From assembly GCA_036013055.1 (NCBI GenBank), contig DASCQM010000001.1, positions 39,015 through 103,014 on the forward strand: a stretch of DNA of 64,000 nucleotides. The letters run 5' to 3'. Both the position numbers and the translations under genes were made by a program. Numbering within the stretch: the stretch's first letter is position 1; every line of letters begins with the position of its first letter. The stretch comes from Dehalococcoidia bacterium (GTDB taxonomy: Bacteria > Chloroflexota > Dehalococcoidia > UBA2979). Of this stretch, positions 50,411 to 59,795 are shown one piece after another. Below the pieces are notes generated by a model that saw nothing but the letters and a program-made list of their open reading frames with translations, had not been told where the DNA came from and searched no databases.

Positions 50411-52087
50411 TCAGGCGCCCTCACGCATTGCCGCCTTCTGCTCGCGATAGTCGGCGTAGCCGCCCGCGAATTCGGTGAGCTCTCCGTCGTCGAGTTCCAC
50501 GACGCGGTCCACGACGCGGTCGACGACGCGATCGAGGAAGTAGCGGTCGTGCGAGATCACGAAGACCGTGCCCGCGTAGTCATCGAGTGCTTGCTCAAGC
50601 AACTCGGCGGACGGGATGTCGAGGTTGTTCGTTGGCTCATCGAGCATCAGCAGGTTCGCGCCCATCAGCATCAGCTTCGCCATCTGCAGGCGGCTCTTCT
50701 CGCCGCCGCTCAACGTCGAGATCTGCTTCCCCGCGAGTTGATGGTCGAAGAGGAATCCCCCGAGAAACCCGTAGGCCTCGCCCTCCGACATCGACTTCAT
50801 ACGCCGCACCTCATCGACCGGCGTGCTGTCGAACCGCAGCGTCTCGTGCTCCTGCGCGTAGTAGCCGACAGAGATGCTCGGGCCGAGCTTCGACTGGCCC
50901 TCGGTCGGCTCCTCTTCGCCGAGGACCGTGTGGAACAGCACGGACTTGCCGGACCCGTTCGGCCCGACCAGCCCGACGCGCTCGCCGGCGGAGATCAGCA
51001 GATCGAGCCCGCTCAGCACCGCCGTCTGATCGAACCGTTTGTGCAGCCCGATCAACTCCAGCACCTTGCGGCTGCCACGCTCCGACGTGAGCCGCAGCCC
51101 CATCTGCCGGCGCTTGATCACCGGCGCCGGAGTGCGATCCATCTTCTCAAGCCGCTTCTCCATGCTCTTCCAGCGGCGCACCATCTTCACGTTCTGCCCG
51201 CTGGTGCTGAAGTCCTTCATCCGCTGAATCGACTGCTCAAGACGCGCGGCCTCGCGATTCTCGAGGACATGGTCCTTCTGCTGCTTGAGGAGCTGCGACT
51301 GCTTCTCGTGCGCGTACTCGGAGTAGTTCCCCGCGAAGACCGTGAGTTGTGGGCGGCCCGGGTGGAGGCCGCTCAAGTCCAGCTCGGCGATCGAGTCGAC
51401 GAGCACATCGAGCAGGTAGCGGTCGTGCGAGATGATCACGACCGCGCCGGGGTGTCGTGAGATCACGCGCTCGAGCCGCGCCTTGCTCGCGAGATCGAGG
51501 TGGTTGTCCGGCTCGTCGAGCAGCAGGATGCTCGGTTGCGTGACCAGGACGCGCGCCAGCCCGACCATCTTGCGTTGCCCGCCACTGAGCGCCCCGGTCG
51601 GCACGTCGAAGAGATCGGGACCGACGCCGAGATCACGCAACGCGCTCTCGGCGCGGCCACGGAAGTTCAGGCCACCGCGACGCTCGAAGTCGTCGAGCAG
51701 TCGCGTGTGCGCCTCCATCACCTCGGCCAGTCACTCCTCGTCTTCGTAGACCGCGGGCTGCCCCATGCTCGCCTCGTGCCGCTGTAGCTCCGCCTCGATT
51801 GCGGCGAGTTCATCGTCGGCGGCCAGTACCTCGTCGAGAGCGGTGCGGTCAGCGTCGAACTCCGGCGTCTGCGCGAGATAGCCGATCGTGACGTCGCGCG
51901 AGCGGATCACGGACCCACCGTCCGTCTCTTCCTCGCCGATGATCAGCTTCAGCAGCGTCGACTTCCCCGCCCCGTTCGGGCCGACGAGACCGATCACCTC
52001 GTCATCCTGGATCTCCCACGAGACGCCCTGAAGCACCGGCCGGGCGCCGAAGTATTTGGTGACATTCGAGAGCGCGAGAGAAATCAC
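50411..52087 (-). pseudogene. ABC-F family ATPase interrupted by one in-frame TGA (51731-51733)
   Basis: ORFs 51731..52087 and 50411..51721 share one frame (...VYEDEE*LAEVMEAH...). Together they give both ABC domains. Confidence 0.8.
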
Positions 52088-52189
52088 GTGGGGGCCTCGG
52101 TCCGTCAGTCGATCGTACCAGCGTGAACGCCGGGATCGAGGTTCGCCGCGAGCAGTCTCGAACGAGATTCGTCACTTCGTCGGCGCTGG

Positions 52190-52912
52190 TTGGAGACATC
52201 GCCCACTCGCGACGATGATCCATGCGTATCCACCGGGGAGTTGGCGACGACGATGGTCCAGGCAAACGACGACGACGCGCGCAACGAGGAACCCGCTGCT
52301 GAGCCGGGCGAAGAGCCCGCGGCTGGTGCCAGGAACAACTACGGCGACACTGACGATGCGCCCGACGATGAGGCTGACCAGGAACCTGCGGAGGGCGGCG
52401 GCAGAGCTGCCATCCTCGCGCGCGTCCCGACGCTCGGACGCCCGCTCGCGATCGGGGGCGGCAGCGCGTTGCTGCTCATCTGGACGATGCTGCTCTGGCA
52501 GCTCTCCGGGTCGTTCTCCGAGCTGAGCGCCTCGGCTCAGACGATCGCCCATCAGGTCGAAGCGGCTTCGACCGTCGCATCGGAAGCCGCGTCAGGCGTC
52601 GCCGCAGTCGAGCGCGCCGATACGTCGTCGGCTCATGCCGAAGCGACCGTAGTCGCCGACCTGCGCGTCAATCTCGAGTCCACGCCGCAGCCACTCCCGA
52701 CGCCCGAACCAACGCCGGAGCCGACGCCCGACCCGTCGCTGCTGCTCGGCGAACCGATCGTCACCCGCGGCCTCGACCTCTGGAATTGCAGCGACTTCGA
52801 GACGTGGGAGCAGGCGCTGACGGTCTACGAGGCGAATCTGCCCAACGACCCGAATCTGCTCGACTTCCTCAATACCGGCGTGCCATGCCAGTACCTGCGG
52901 GCGGCGGACTGA
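52190..52912 (+). CDS. Membrane-anchored protein with a C-terminal Excalibur-like Cys motif
   Basis: Acidic N-terminus, TM segment, PTPE repeats, then NCSDFETWEQA...DPNLLD...GVPC. Confidence 0.6.
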   Translation: METSPTRDDDPCVSTGELATTMVQANDDDARNEEPAAEPGEEPAAGARNNYGDTDDAPDDEADQEPAEGGGRAAILARVPTLGRPLAIGGGSALLLIWTMLLWQLSGSFSELSASAQTIAHQVEAASTVASEAASGVAAVERADTSSAHAEATVVADLRVNLESTPQPLPTPEPTPEPTPDPSLLLGEPIVTRGLDLWNCSDFETWEQALTVYEANLPNDPNLLDFLNTGVPCQYLRAAD

Positions 52913-52966
52913 CGCACAGGCGATTCGTAGGCACCGCGAGCGACGGGCAGACACGGCGACCGGGTA

Positions 52967-53260
52967 CTACGGAAGCGCGGCGGTGATCGACGCGGTCTCT
53001 TCCTCCGTAAACGCGCGGAGGGTCGTCGTGGTCACGTTGCCGCGCGCACCCTGCGCGAGCAGGAACCCGGCGGCAGTCTCGTCATCAGGCACTTCGGCGA
53101 GTGCGATGAAGTCATATTCGCCCATCGTGAGATAGAAGAAGATCATCCGCCCGCCGGCGTCCTTCAGCGCATCCTTTGCAGCCTGCAGTCGGTCAGTTGT
53201 GTTCTTCGCATCCTTGATTCCCTGCTCGGTGTACTTCCCGAGGATCGCGTAGCTTGGCAT
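52967..53260 (-). CDS. GYD domain protein
   Basis: YTEQGIK, YLTMGEYD and GNVTTTTLRAF motifs. Confidence 0.88.
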   Translation of the reverse strand: MPSYAILGKYTEQGIKDAKNTTDRLQAAKDALKDAGGRMIFFYLTMGEYDFIALAEVPDDETAAGFLLAQGARGNVTTTTLRAFTEEETASITAALP

Positions 53261-53354
53261 CGCAATGTCCCTTCATCACGTTCGTACTTGACGCGGATAG
53301 TACGCCGCAGTGAGGGCGAGTCAAGACGAGGGAAAGCCGTGATACGGCGAACCG

Positions 53355-54116
53355 CTAGGATTCAGTATCGATTCCCGCGCAGGCAAGCAAGCTCGGAATT
53401 GTGGTTCGCAGCATCTGCGCTGACTTGAGCCCGCGAGTGGGGTTGGCAAACGGACCGTTCTCGCTCGCGCCGTCCGCGGCCCCGACGTGATGGTAGCCGA
53501 ATGTTGTCGCGCGGCTGCTCGCCTCGCCGACCAGTTCGGCGAGGCCGCCATCCGGCGGCAGATCAAACACGTCACGCAGCGGCAGCGGAAGATCCAGGCC
53601 ATTGACGAATTCACGCCCGAGGTCATGAGCAGTCGCGGCACCACCCTTGGCTGACTGCCCGCTTCTCAGGAGATGCAGATAGCCGATCTCCGCAACGAGT
53701 CCTGCCGCCAGCGCCCACTGCTCGTACTGACCGTGCTTGGCCGCGAGCTGCCACGACAGCACCGCGACCGCCATCGCGCGCTGCCAGAACGGGTGCTCAG
53801 CCACGTCGGCACCTTCGCTCCCGCAGGCGAGCACGAACGAGCGCGCGAGACCGTAGCCACGGACGAGATCGAAGCCGCTCTCGTCAATCGCATCACGCAT
53901 CGTCAGCGGCGGTCGCGAGGGGGCATCCGTGCCATACGCACTGCGAATGTGACGCGCGATGTCGAGGTCGCGGCCGCCGATTTCAGCCAGTCGCTGGTGA
54001 GCCTGCCGGTCGTCCTCGTTCAGCATCGTCAGATCGCTGAACAGCGATCCCCAGTACTGGTCCCACGCGATCAGATCGCTCGCCGCGCCCTCAGTTGGAT
54101 GTCTGCCCTCGTTCAT
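53355..54116 (-). CDS. Degenerate HDOD-like domain protein
   Basis: DAIDESGFDLVR, FWQRAMAVA, AAGLVAEIG (HD replaced by AE) and AHDLG...LPLPL. Confidence 0.55.
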   Translation of the reverse strand: MNEGRHPTEGAASDLIAWDQYWGSLFSDLTMLNEDDRQAHQRLAEIGGRDLDIARHIRSAYGTDAPSRPPLTMRDAIDESGFDLVRGYGLARSFVLACGSEGADVAEHPFWQRAMAVAVLSWQLAAKHGQYEQWALAAGLVAEIGYLHLLRSGQSAKGGAATAHDLGREFVNGLDLPLPLRDVFDLPPDGGLAELVGEASSRATTFGYHHVGAADGASENGPFANPTRGLKSAQMLRTTIPSLLACAGIDTES

Positions 54117-54160
54117 TGATCGAGTATCGACTGCCGGCGGCGTCGACGGATCGCGATCCG

Positions 54161-55018
54161 TTACTCGACGTTCAGCGCGCGCACCATTCCACCGACGAAG
54201 TGCGGCACTCCGGTCGGGCTGGGAATGAAGCAGATCAGCGCGTAGCTGCCAGCGTCAAGGTCCAGCGTTCCCACCTGGCTGACGCCCGGCAAGACACCCT
54301 GGACATCGCCGACCGGCGCGAACGGCGGCGGGCCGGTGGGCGCTTCCGTGCTCGCGAGCGCGCCCATGAACTGCTCAAACGTGATTCCATCGAGCCGGAA
54401 GACGTTCACCTCGTGCGGCTCAGCGCCGTCGTTCGTGAACTCGATCGTGACCTCGCCAGCATCCACCGACGCCGGTGCGTCGAAGGAGTACGAGACACCC
54501 GCGCCGTCGTCGAGCCCGATCACCGTAATGTCGGCCTCCGGGAGATCAGCTTCGACTACGTCACCGCCGACCTCGACCGTCGTTGCCATCCCCTTCGCGA
54601 AGTGCGGCACACCATCGGTGTCAGGGACGAAGCAGAGCAGCGCGTACGTGCCTGCTGGCAAGTCGTCGGTCACCGAACCGCTGAGGCCGGGAGCGAGCTG
54701 ACCCACTCCGCCCGCGAATCGCGCCCACTCGGGGAACGGTGCGCCTTCCTCGACGGCGGCCAGACCGCCCATCAGTTCGCCGAGCGTGTGGCCATCGATC
54801 TGGACAAGCTGAACGTGGTGAACCTGTTCGCCCACGTTTTCCAGGATGATTTCGTTGGTCCCCGCCTGGAACTCGCCGGACAGAGTGAAGGAGAATTCTC
54901 CCCCCTCGATCGTGACGACGTTTGGCGTCGCTTCATCATCGCTGCACGCCGCGATCGTGAGTACCAACGCGAGTGCCAATACGGGTAGTAGTCGAGCAAT
55001 CCTTATCTGTGTTCCCAT
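54161..55018 (-). CDS. Lipoprotein with two cupredoxin-like domains
   Basis: Lipobox IAAC and two repeats: H...GTYALLCFVP...HFAKGM and H...GSYALICFIP...HFVGGM. Confidence 0.75.
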   Translation of the reverse strand: MGTQIRIARLLPVLALALVLTIAACSDDEATPNVVTIEGGEFSFTLSGEFQAGTNEIILENVGEQVHHVQLVQIDGHTLGELMGGLAAVEEGAPFPEWARFAGGVGQLAPGLSGSVTDDLPAGTYALLCFVPDTDGVPHFAKGMATTVEVGGDVVEADLPEADITVIGLDDGAGVSYSFDAPASVDAGEVTIEFTNDGAEPHEVNVFRLDGITFEQFMGALASTEAPTGPPPFAPVGDVQGVLPGVSQVGTLDLDAGSYALICFIPSPTGVPHFVGGMVRALNVE

Positions 55019-55165
55019 CCCCTCCAAGTTTGGAGGGCACTCTGCTGTCTGACGGAGTCAGGGTCAAGCCTGTCCCACACCCGTTTGGCCATCACCGGGT
55101 TCGGAATCGGCGAGCGGATCCGCGGCGACAGGGATGGCTCGGCCAGACGAAGGATCCCCGGATCA

Positions 55166-55195
55166 CCGAGAGCGGCCCACGCGGGCCGCTCTCGG
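55166..55195 (-). terminator. 13-bp GC hairpin downstream of tRNA-Glu(CTC)
   Basis: CCGAGAGCGGCCC-ACGC-GGGCCGCTCTCGG; no clear U-tract. Confidence 0.55.
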
Positions 55196-55207
55196 ATACG
55201 AATCGCT

Positions 55208-55284
55208 TGGTGCCGCATAGGGGATTCGAACCCCTGATCTCCGCCTTGAGAGGGCGGTGTCCTGGGCCACTAGACGAATGCGGC
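55208..55284 (-). tRNA. tRNA-Glu (anticodon CTC)
   Basis: Acceptor stem GCCGCAT/ATGCGGC with ACCA end; anticodon arm CCGCC-CTCTCAA-GGCGG; GTTCGAATC T-loop. Confidence 0.96.
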
Positions 55285-55445
55285 GCCGCAGACCAATCAC
55301 GTTACTAGCGCCTCGCGTGGCCCTCAAGTGGGTTCCGCACTACTTCCGCGCCCCGAAGCGCGCCGCTTCCGGCAGGGAGCACGATCCGATGTGATTGCGA
55401 CTCATCCGGCTGGCTCGTAGCTTGTGGGCGGAGGCGGAGGGCATC

Positions 55446-55838
55446 GTGAACATCGAACTCGTCGACCGCTCGCTCTTCGTGAAGAAGACAGTCTCGGTCT
55501 TTGTGCTCTCGTTCTTGCTGATCCCGCTCGTCTCGCTGAAGAGCGACGTGCCCGTTCTCGTCTACGCCGGTGCGCTCGTCGTGCTGCACATCTTCGTGCT
55601 CATCGCGTACTTCTACCGCGTGAAGGTGCGCGAGCTCGACTCCAATGCGAGGTCGCTCGCAGCGAGGGTGGTCGCCCTGATCGTCGTCAGCTATCTGCTG
55701 TACGTGGGGTCGAGCTTCGACGATGACGCGTCGTACGTTTCGCTCGCGATCCAGATGTTCGCGGTCTCGGTACTGCATACGGCGATCCTGCTGCTGCTGA
55801 CCGCACGGATCGCGGATCGGGACGCACCAACCACGTAA
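55446..55838 (+). CDS. Hypothetical membrane protein with about 4 TM segments
   Basis: Hydrophobic ORF; GGAGG SD before GTG 55446. Confidence 0.65.
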   Translation: MNIELVDRSLFVKKTVSVFVLSFLLIPLVSLKSDVPVLVYAGALVVLHIFVLIAYFYRVKVRELDSNARSLAARVVALIVVSYLLYVGSSFDDDASYVSLAIQMFAVSVLHTAILLLLTARIADRDAPTT

Positions 55839-55970
55839 TCCCCGCGTCGTTAGATCCGGCACCCAGATCGACCGACCGTCGGACCGTCCGTGCGATAGCA
55901 TGCGCGGCAAGAAGTCGAGCACCGCGTCGCAGCGCACCACACAGCGCCGCCGCAACCGATTGGAATCACC

Positions 55971-56933
55971 ATGGATCTGGGAGTCATGATCGAGGGCCAA
56001 GACGGGCTCTCGTGGGATCGCTGGCGCAGGATCATCCGCGCCGCCGAAGACCTGGGGTTCGAGTCGCTCTGGCGCTCCGACCACTACGTCGCGTTTTCGG
56101 AGCCGCGCGAGCGCGAGGCGCTGGAGACGTTCATCTCCTTCGTACTCGTCGCCGAGGAGTCGGAGCGCATTCGCTTCGGTCCGCTCGTCGCCTCGATGAC
56201 GTTCCGTCCGCCGGAGCTGCTGGCACGCATGGCGGCGCAGATCGACGTGCTCTCGAGCGGTCGCTTCGTCTGCGGCGTGGGTGCCGGCTGGAACGTCCCG
56301 GAGCACGAGTCGTTCGGCATCCCCTTCCCGTCCGTCGGCGAGCGCATGGATCGGCTCGATGAGTCGATTCAGGTGTTGAAGGCGCTCTGGTCCGACGCCC
56401 CGGCGACCTTCGACGGCAAGCACTACCAGCTCGCGGACGCCATCTGCTACCCGAAGCCGGCGCAATCACCGCTCCCGCTGCTGGTCGGCGGCAGTGGCGA
56501 GAAGCGCACGCTCCGCATCGTGGCCGAGCACGCCAACGAGTGGAACTTCACCGGCGGCGGCGTCGATCGTTACCTGGAGAAGCGCGCCGTTCTCGAACGG
56601 CATTGCGCCGACGTGGGTCGCGACCCAGAGGAGATCCGCCATTCGACGATGACCGGCTTCGTGATCGGCGCTGACGAGGCCGGCGTGAACGCGCACGCAG
56701 AGCGCATTCGTGAAGCGAATCCACTCTTTCAGCGCGGGACGACTGAGGAGACGGTCGCGGGCCTGAGGGAGCGCGGCTGGCTCGTCGGAACGCCCGGCGA
56801 GGTCGTCGAGCAGCTCGGGCAGCGCGAGGAGGCCGGGCTTTCCGGCGTGATGATGCAACACCACGCGCAGGAGGATTTCGACGTGCTAGAGCTGATCGCG
56901 AAAGAGATCTTGCCGCAGGTGCAGCGGAGCTAG
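55971..56933 (+). CDS. LLM-class (probably F420-dependent) oxidoreductase
   Basis: AEDLGFESLWRSDH, SGRFVCGVGAGW and LVGGSGEKRTL motifs. Confidence 0.9.
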   Translation: MDLGVMIEGQDGLSWDRWRRIIRAAEDLGFESLWRSDHYVAFSEPREREALETFISFVLVAEESERIRFGPLVASMTFRPPELLARMAAQIDVLSSGRFVCGVGAGWNVPEHESFGIPFPSVGERMDRLDESIQVLKALWSDAPATFDGKHYQLADAICYPKPAQSPLPLLVGGSGEKRTLRIVAEHANEWNFTGGGVDRYLEKRAVLERHCADVGRDPEEIRHSTMTGFVIGADEAGVNAHAERIREANPLFQRGTTEETVAGLRERGWLVGTPGEVVEQLGQREEAGLSGVMMQHHAQEDFDVLELIAKEILPQVQRS

Positions 56934-56952
56934 GGGGCGCAGCGCCGGTAGG

Positions 56953-57717
56953 TCACTCGCGGACGTCGACCGCATCGGGGTAGCGCAGCCGCACGCGGTC
57001 GACCGCGCCGAAGGGCGGCTCGAAGACCAGTCCCGCGCGCGCATAGACGCCGCGCGGAATGCCGAGGTCGGCGAGCCAGAGTTCGCCCGCGTGCTCCTCA
57101 CGTAGTCCGGCCTTCGGCAGCGCGAGCGTGAGTGTCACCGAGGCGTGGACCGCTACCCCCGGCGTCTCGCCGCTGTCGGGATCGACGCCGGAAGGCACAT
57201 CGAGCGAGATCACCGGTGACGGTGCGGCTTCCGCTGCGCGGATCAGACCCATCGTCGGTCCGCGCGGCGCGTCCTTCAGCGAGTAGCCGACGATCGCATC
57301 GAGCACGAGGTCGCTGTCGGCGACATCGAATGCCTCGGCGAAGCTCAGTACGCGCGCCGGCGTCTCGGCGAGCGCCATCAACTGCTGCCCGAGCGCCCCG
57401 TCTGCCTGCGAGGGACGCGCGGAAGTCACGGCCAGCACATCGACGCCACGATTCGCGAGATGGCGTGCGGCGCAGATCCCTCCGCCGCCGTTGCCACCAC
57501 TGCCCGCGAGCACGAGCACCCGGCGGCTGCGCCAGTCGTCGCCGAGCAGTTGCAGCGCCTGCATCGCCAGCGCCATGCCGGCGTGCTCCATCATCTGCAG
57601 CAAGGTCGGCCCGCGATCCTCGACGGCAACGCGGTCGATCTCGCGCATCTCGGCGACGGTCACCGCGGGCACATCGATGCCGTCGTCGGTGTGAAACATC
57701 GGTCGCGGGGTGGTCAT
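56953..57717 (-). CDS. nnrE: NAD(P)H-hydrate epimerase (stand-alone YjeF_N)
   Basis: MREIDR, MMEHAG, GSGGNGGGG, DAIVGYS and SLDVPSG motifs. Confidence 0.88.
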   Translation of the reverse strand: MTTPRPMFHTDDGIDVPAVTVAEMREIDRVAVEDRGPTLLQMMEHAGMALAMQALQLLGDDWRSRRVLVLAGSGGNGGGGICAARHLANRGVDVLAVTSARPSQADGALGQQLMALAETPARVLSFAEAFDVADSDLVLDAIVGYSLKDAPRGPTMGLIRAAEAAPSPVISLDVPSGVDPDSGETPGVAVHASVTLTLALPKAGLREEHAGELWLADLGIPRGVYARAGLVFEPPFGAVDRVRLRYPDAVDVRE

Positions 57718-57785
57718 CGTGATCCGCAGGCGGCGCGGCGCGGGATGCAATCGGCGCGGCTGCCGTGGCTGGAAAGAGCGTGCAC

Positions 57786-57861
57786 TGGTGCCCCCACGGG
57801 GATTCGAACCCCGGTTTCCACCTTGAAAGGGTGGCGTCCTAGTCCCCTGGACGATGGGGGC
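57786..57861 (-). tRNA. tRNA-Glu (anticodon TTC)
   Basis: Acceptor stem GCCCCCA/TGGGGGC with ACCA end; anticodon arm CCACC-CTTTCAA-GGTGG. Confidence 0.96.
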
Positions 57862-58107
57862 AGCCGCCGTCGAGGATAGCAGCGGCCATCGGTGGGGTCA
57901 TCGGCGGGACGCCTACTGATTCGCGTGGTCGCGCGAGACAGCCGTGTAGCGACTGTAACGAGGCTCGAAGAGCGCCTTGATATCGACTGCTCGCGGATGC
58001 CGGCGGTGACGCGAGACTCGCTCGTAACGACTTCGCAGGACTGATCCGCAAGCGCGGCACAGATCGGCACGACAGCGCGAATTCCGAACCTGATGCGAAA
58101 GCGGCGA

Positions 58108-58143
58108 TTGCTCGCATCTTCGGCATATGCTAAAGCATATGCC
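58108..58143 (+). promoter_or_regulatory. Promoter with a perfect 22-bp palindromic operator-like site
   Basis: TTGCTC, 17 nt, TAAAGC (preceded by TG-c), 7 nt, ATG. GGCATATGCT-AA-AGCATATGCC spans 58122-58143. Confidence 0.6.
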
Positions 58144-59712
58144 ATGACAACAGCAGCCGTTCAGCATATCTGCGGTCATTGCGGGCATCAGTGGTTCCCT
58201 CGCCAGGCGACACCACCTGCCCGCTGCCCGCGTTGCCAGAGGCCGTACATAGCGGAGGACGCGATGACTACTACGCGAACGACCGACGAATATCAGGCCC
58301 CGGTTTCGAACTACCCGTTGCTGCTGCGACTGGCGATCGCCAACGAGATTGGCAACCTCGCCAAGGTGACGGCCGCGATCAGCGCGGCCGGCGGCGACGT
58401 CGGCGACATCGAAATCAGCGAGGCCAGTGCCGACGTGATGATTCGCGACTTCCGAGTCTTCTGTCGGGATGAGGCGCACGCGCGCCAGATCGTCGCCAGC
58501 ATCGATGAACTCGACGGCGTCGATGTGCAACTCGCATCCGACCGCACGTTCCAGCTCCACCGTCGCGGCAAGATCGAGGTCGCGAACAAGGTGAACATCC
58601 GCACGATGCAGGAGCTCTCCCACGTCTACACGCCGGGCGTCGCGCGCGTCTCGATGCAGGTCTCCGAGAATCCGGACGCGGTCTGGGCGCTGACAACGAA
58701 GGTGAACACGATCGCCGTTGTCACGGACGGCACCGCCGTGCTTGGACTCGGCGACATCGGCCCACAGGGCGCGCTGCCCGTGATGGAAGGCAAGTCGATG
58801 CTCTTCAAGAGCTTCGGCGACATCGACGCGTGGCCGATCTGTCTCGACACGAAGGACACCGAGGAGATCATCGCCATCTCGAAGGCAATTTCGCCGGGAT
58901 TCGGCGGCATCCTGCTGGAGGACATCTCCGCCCCTCGCTGCTTCGAGATCGAGGATCGCCTGCGCGACGAACTCGACATCCCCGTGATGCACGACGATCA
59001 GCATGGGACGGCCGTGGTCGTACTGGCAGCCCTGATCAACAGCCTGAAGATCGTTGAAAAGCGCCCCGAGGACCTGAAGGTCGTCGTGCTGGGCGTCGGC
59101 GCCGCCGGCGTCGCGTGCACGAAGATCCTGATGAACTTCGGCGTGAAGAACGTGATCGGCTTCGACAGTCGCGGCTCGATCTACAAGGGCCGCGACAACC
59201 TCAACCCGATCAAGGAGTGGTTCGCCGACAACACGAACGAGGAGGGCTTCGACGGCAACGTCGGCGATGCCCTCAAGGGTGCCGACCTCTTCCTCGGCCT
59301 CTCGGGCCCGCGCCTGATCACGCCGGAAGACGTCGAGGGGATGGCCGACGACGCGATGGTCTTCGCGATGGCGAACCCGGAGCCTGAGATCATGCCGACC
59401 GAAATCGAGGGCAAGGCACGGGTGATCGCCACCGGGCGTTCCGACTTCCCCAACCAGGTCAACAACGTGCTCTGCTTCCCCGGCCTCTTCCGCGGCGCCT
59501 TCGATGCCGGCGCGACGGAGATTACCGAGGAGATGAAGATCGTCGCGGCTCGCGCCATCGCAAGCGTGATCCCCGACGAGCAGCTGAACGAGGACTACAT
59601 CCTCCCCTCAGTCTTCAATGAAGAGGTCGTCTCGCGTGTCGCTTCGGCCGTGGCTGCCGAAGCAGTGCGTTCGGGTAAGATCCGCGGAAGCGGCTCGCAG
59701 ATCTTCATCTAG
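58144..59712 (+). CDS. NAD(P)-dependent malic enzyme with an ACT domain and an in-frame N-terminal Zn ribbon
   Basis: YTPGVA, VTDGTAVLGLG, PVMEGK, LEDI, HDDQHGT and GRSDFPNQVNN motifs. A second possible start is ATG 58264 (SD GGAGG). Confidence 0.92.
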   Translation: MTTAAVQHICGHCGHQWFPRQATPPARCPRCQRPYIAEDAMTTTRTTDEYQAPVSNYPLLLRLAIANEIGNLAKVTAAISAAGGDVGDIEISEASADVMIRDFRVFCRDEAHARQIVASIDELDGVDVQLASDRTFQLHRRGKIEVANKVNIRTMQELSHVYTPGVARVSMQVSENPDAVWALTTKVNTIAVVTDGTAVLGLGDIGPQGALPVMEGKSMLFKSFGDIDAWPICLDTKDTEEIIAISKAISPGFGGILLEDISAPRCFEIEDRLRDELDIPVMHDDQHGTAVVVLAALINSLKIVEKRPEDLKVVVLGVGAAGVACTKILMNFGVKNVIGFDSRGSIYKGRDNLNPIKEWFADNTNEEGFDGNVGDALKGADLFLGLSGPRLITPEDVEGMADDAMVFAMANPEPEIMPTEIEGKARVIATGRSDFPNQVNNVLCFPGLFRGAFDAGATEITEEMKIVAARAIASVIPDEQLNEDYILPSVFNEEVVSRVASAVAAEAVRSGKIRGSGSQIFI

Positions 59713-59747
59713 GGGCTGAGTCGCACCGACGGCAGTTCCAGAGATCA

Positions 59748-59776
59748 AAGAAGGCCCGGCAATGCCGGGCCTTCTT
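59748..59776. terminator. Bidirectional intrinsic terminator
   Basis: AAGAAGGCCCGGC-AAT-GCCGGGCCTTCTT between convergent genes. Confidence 0.85.
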
Positions 59777-59795
59777 CTCTTCGCAATTGCCTTGA

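Noticed and set aside
52686-52735. Short tandem repeats encoding PTPEPTPEPTPD
   Set aside because: An ordinary Pro/Thr linker, not a CRISPR or DNA-level repeat system.
55208-57861. Three genes flanked by two co-oriented tRNA-Glu genes, resembling an integrated island
   Set aside because: Both tRNAs are complete isoacceptors (CTC and TTC) with different acceptor stems. There is no duplicated 3' att fragment and no integrase.
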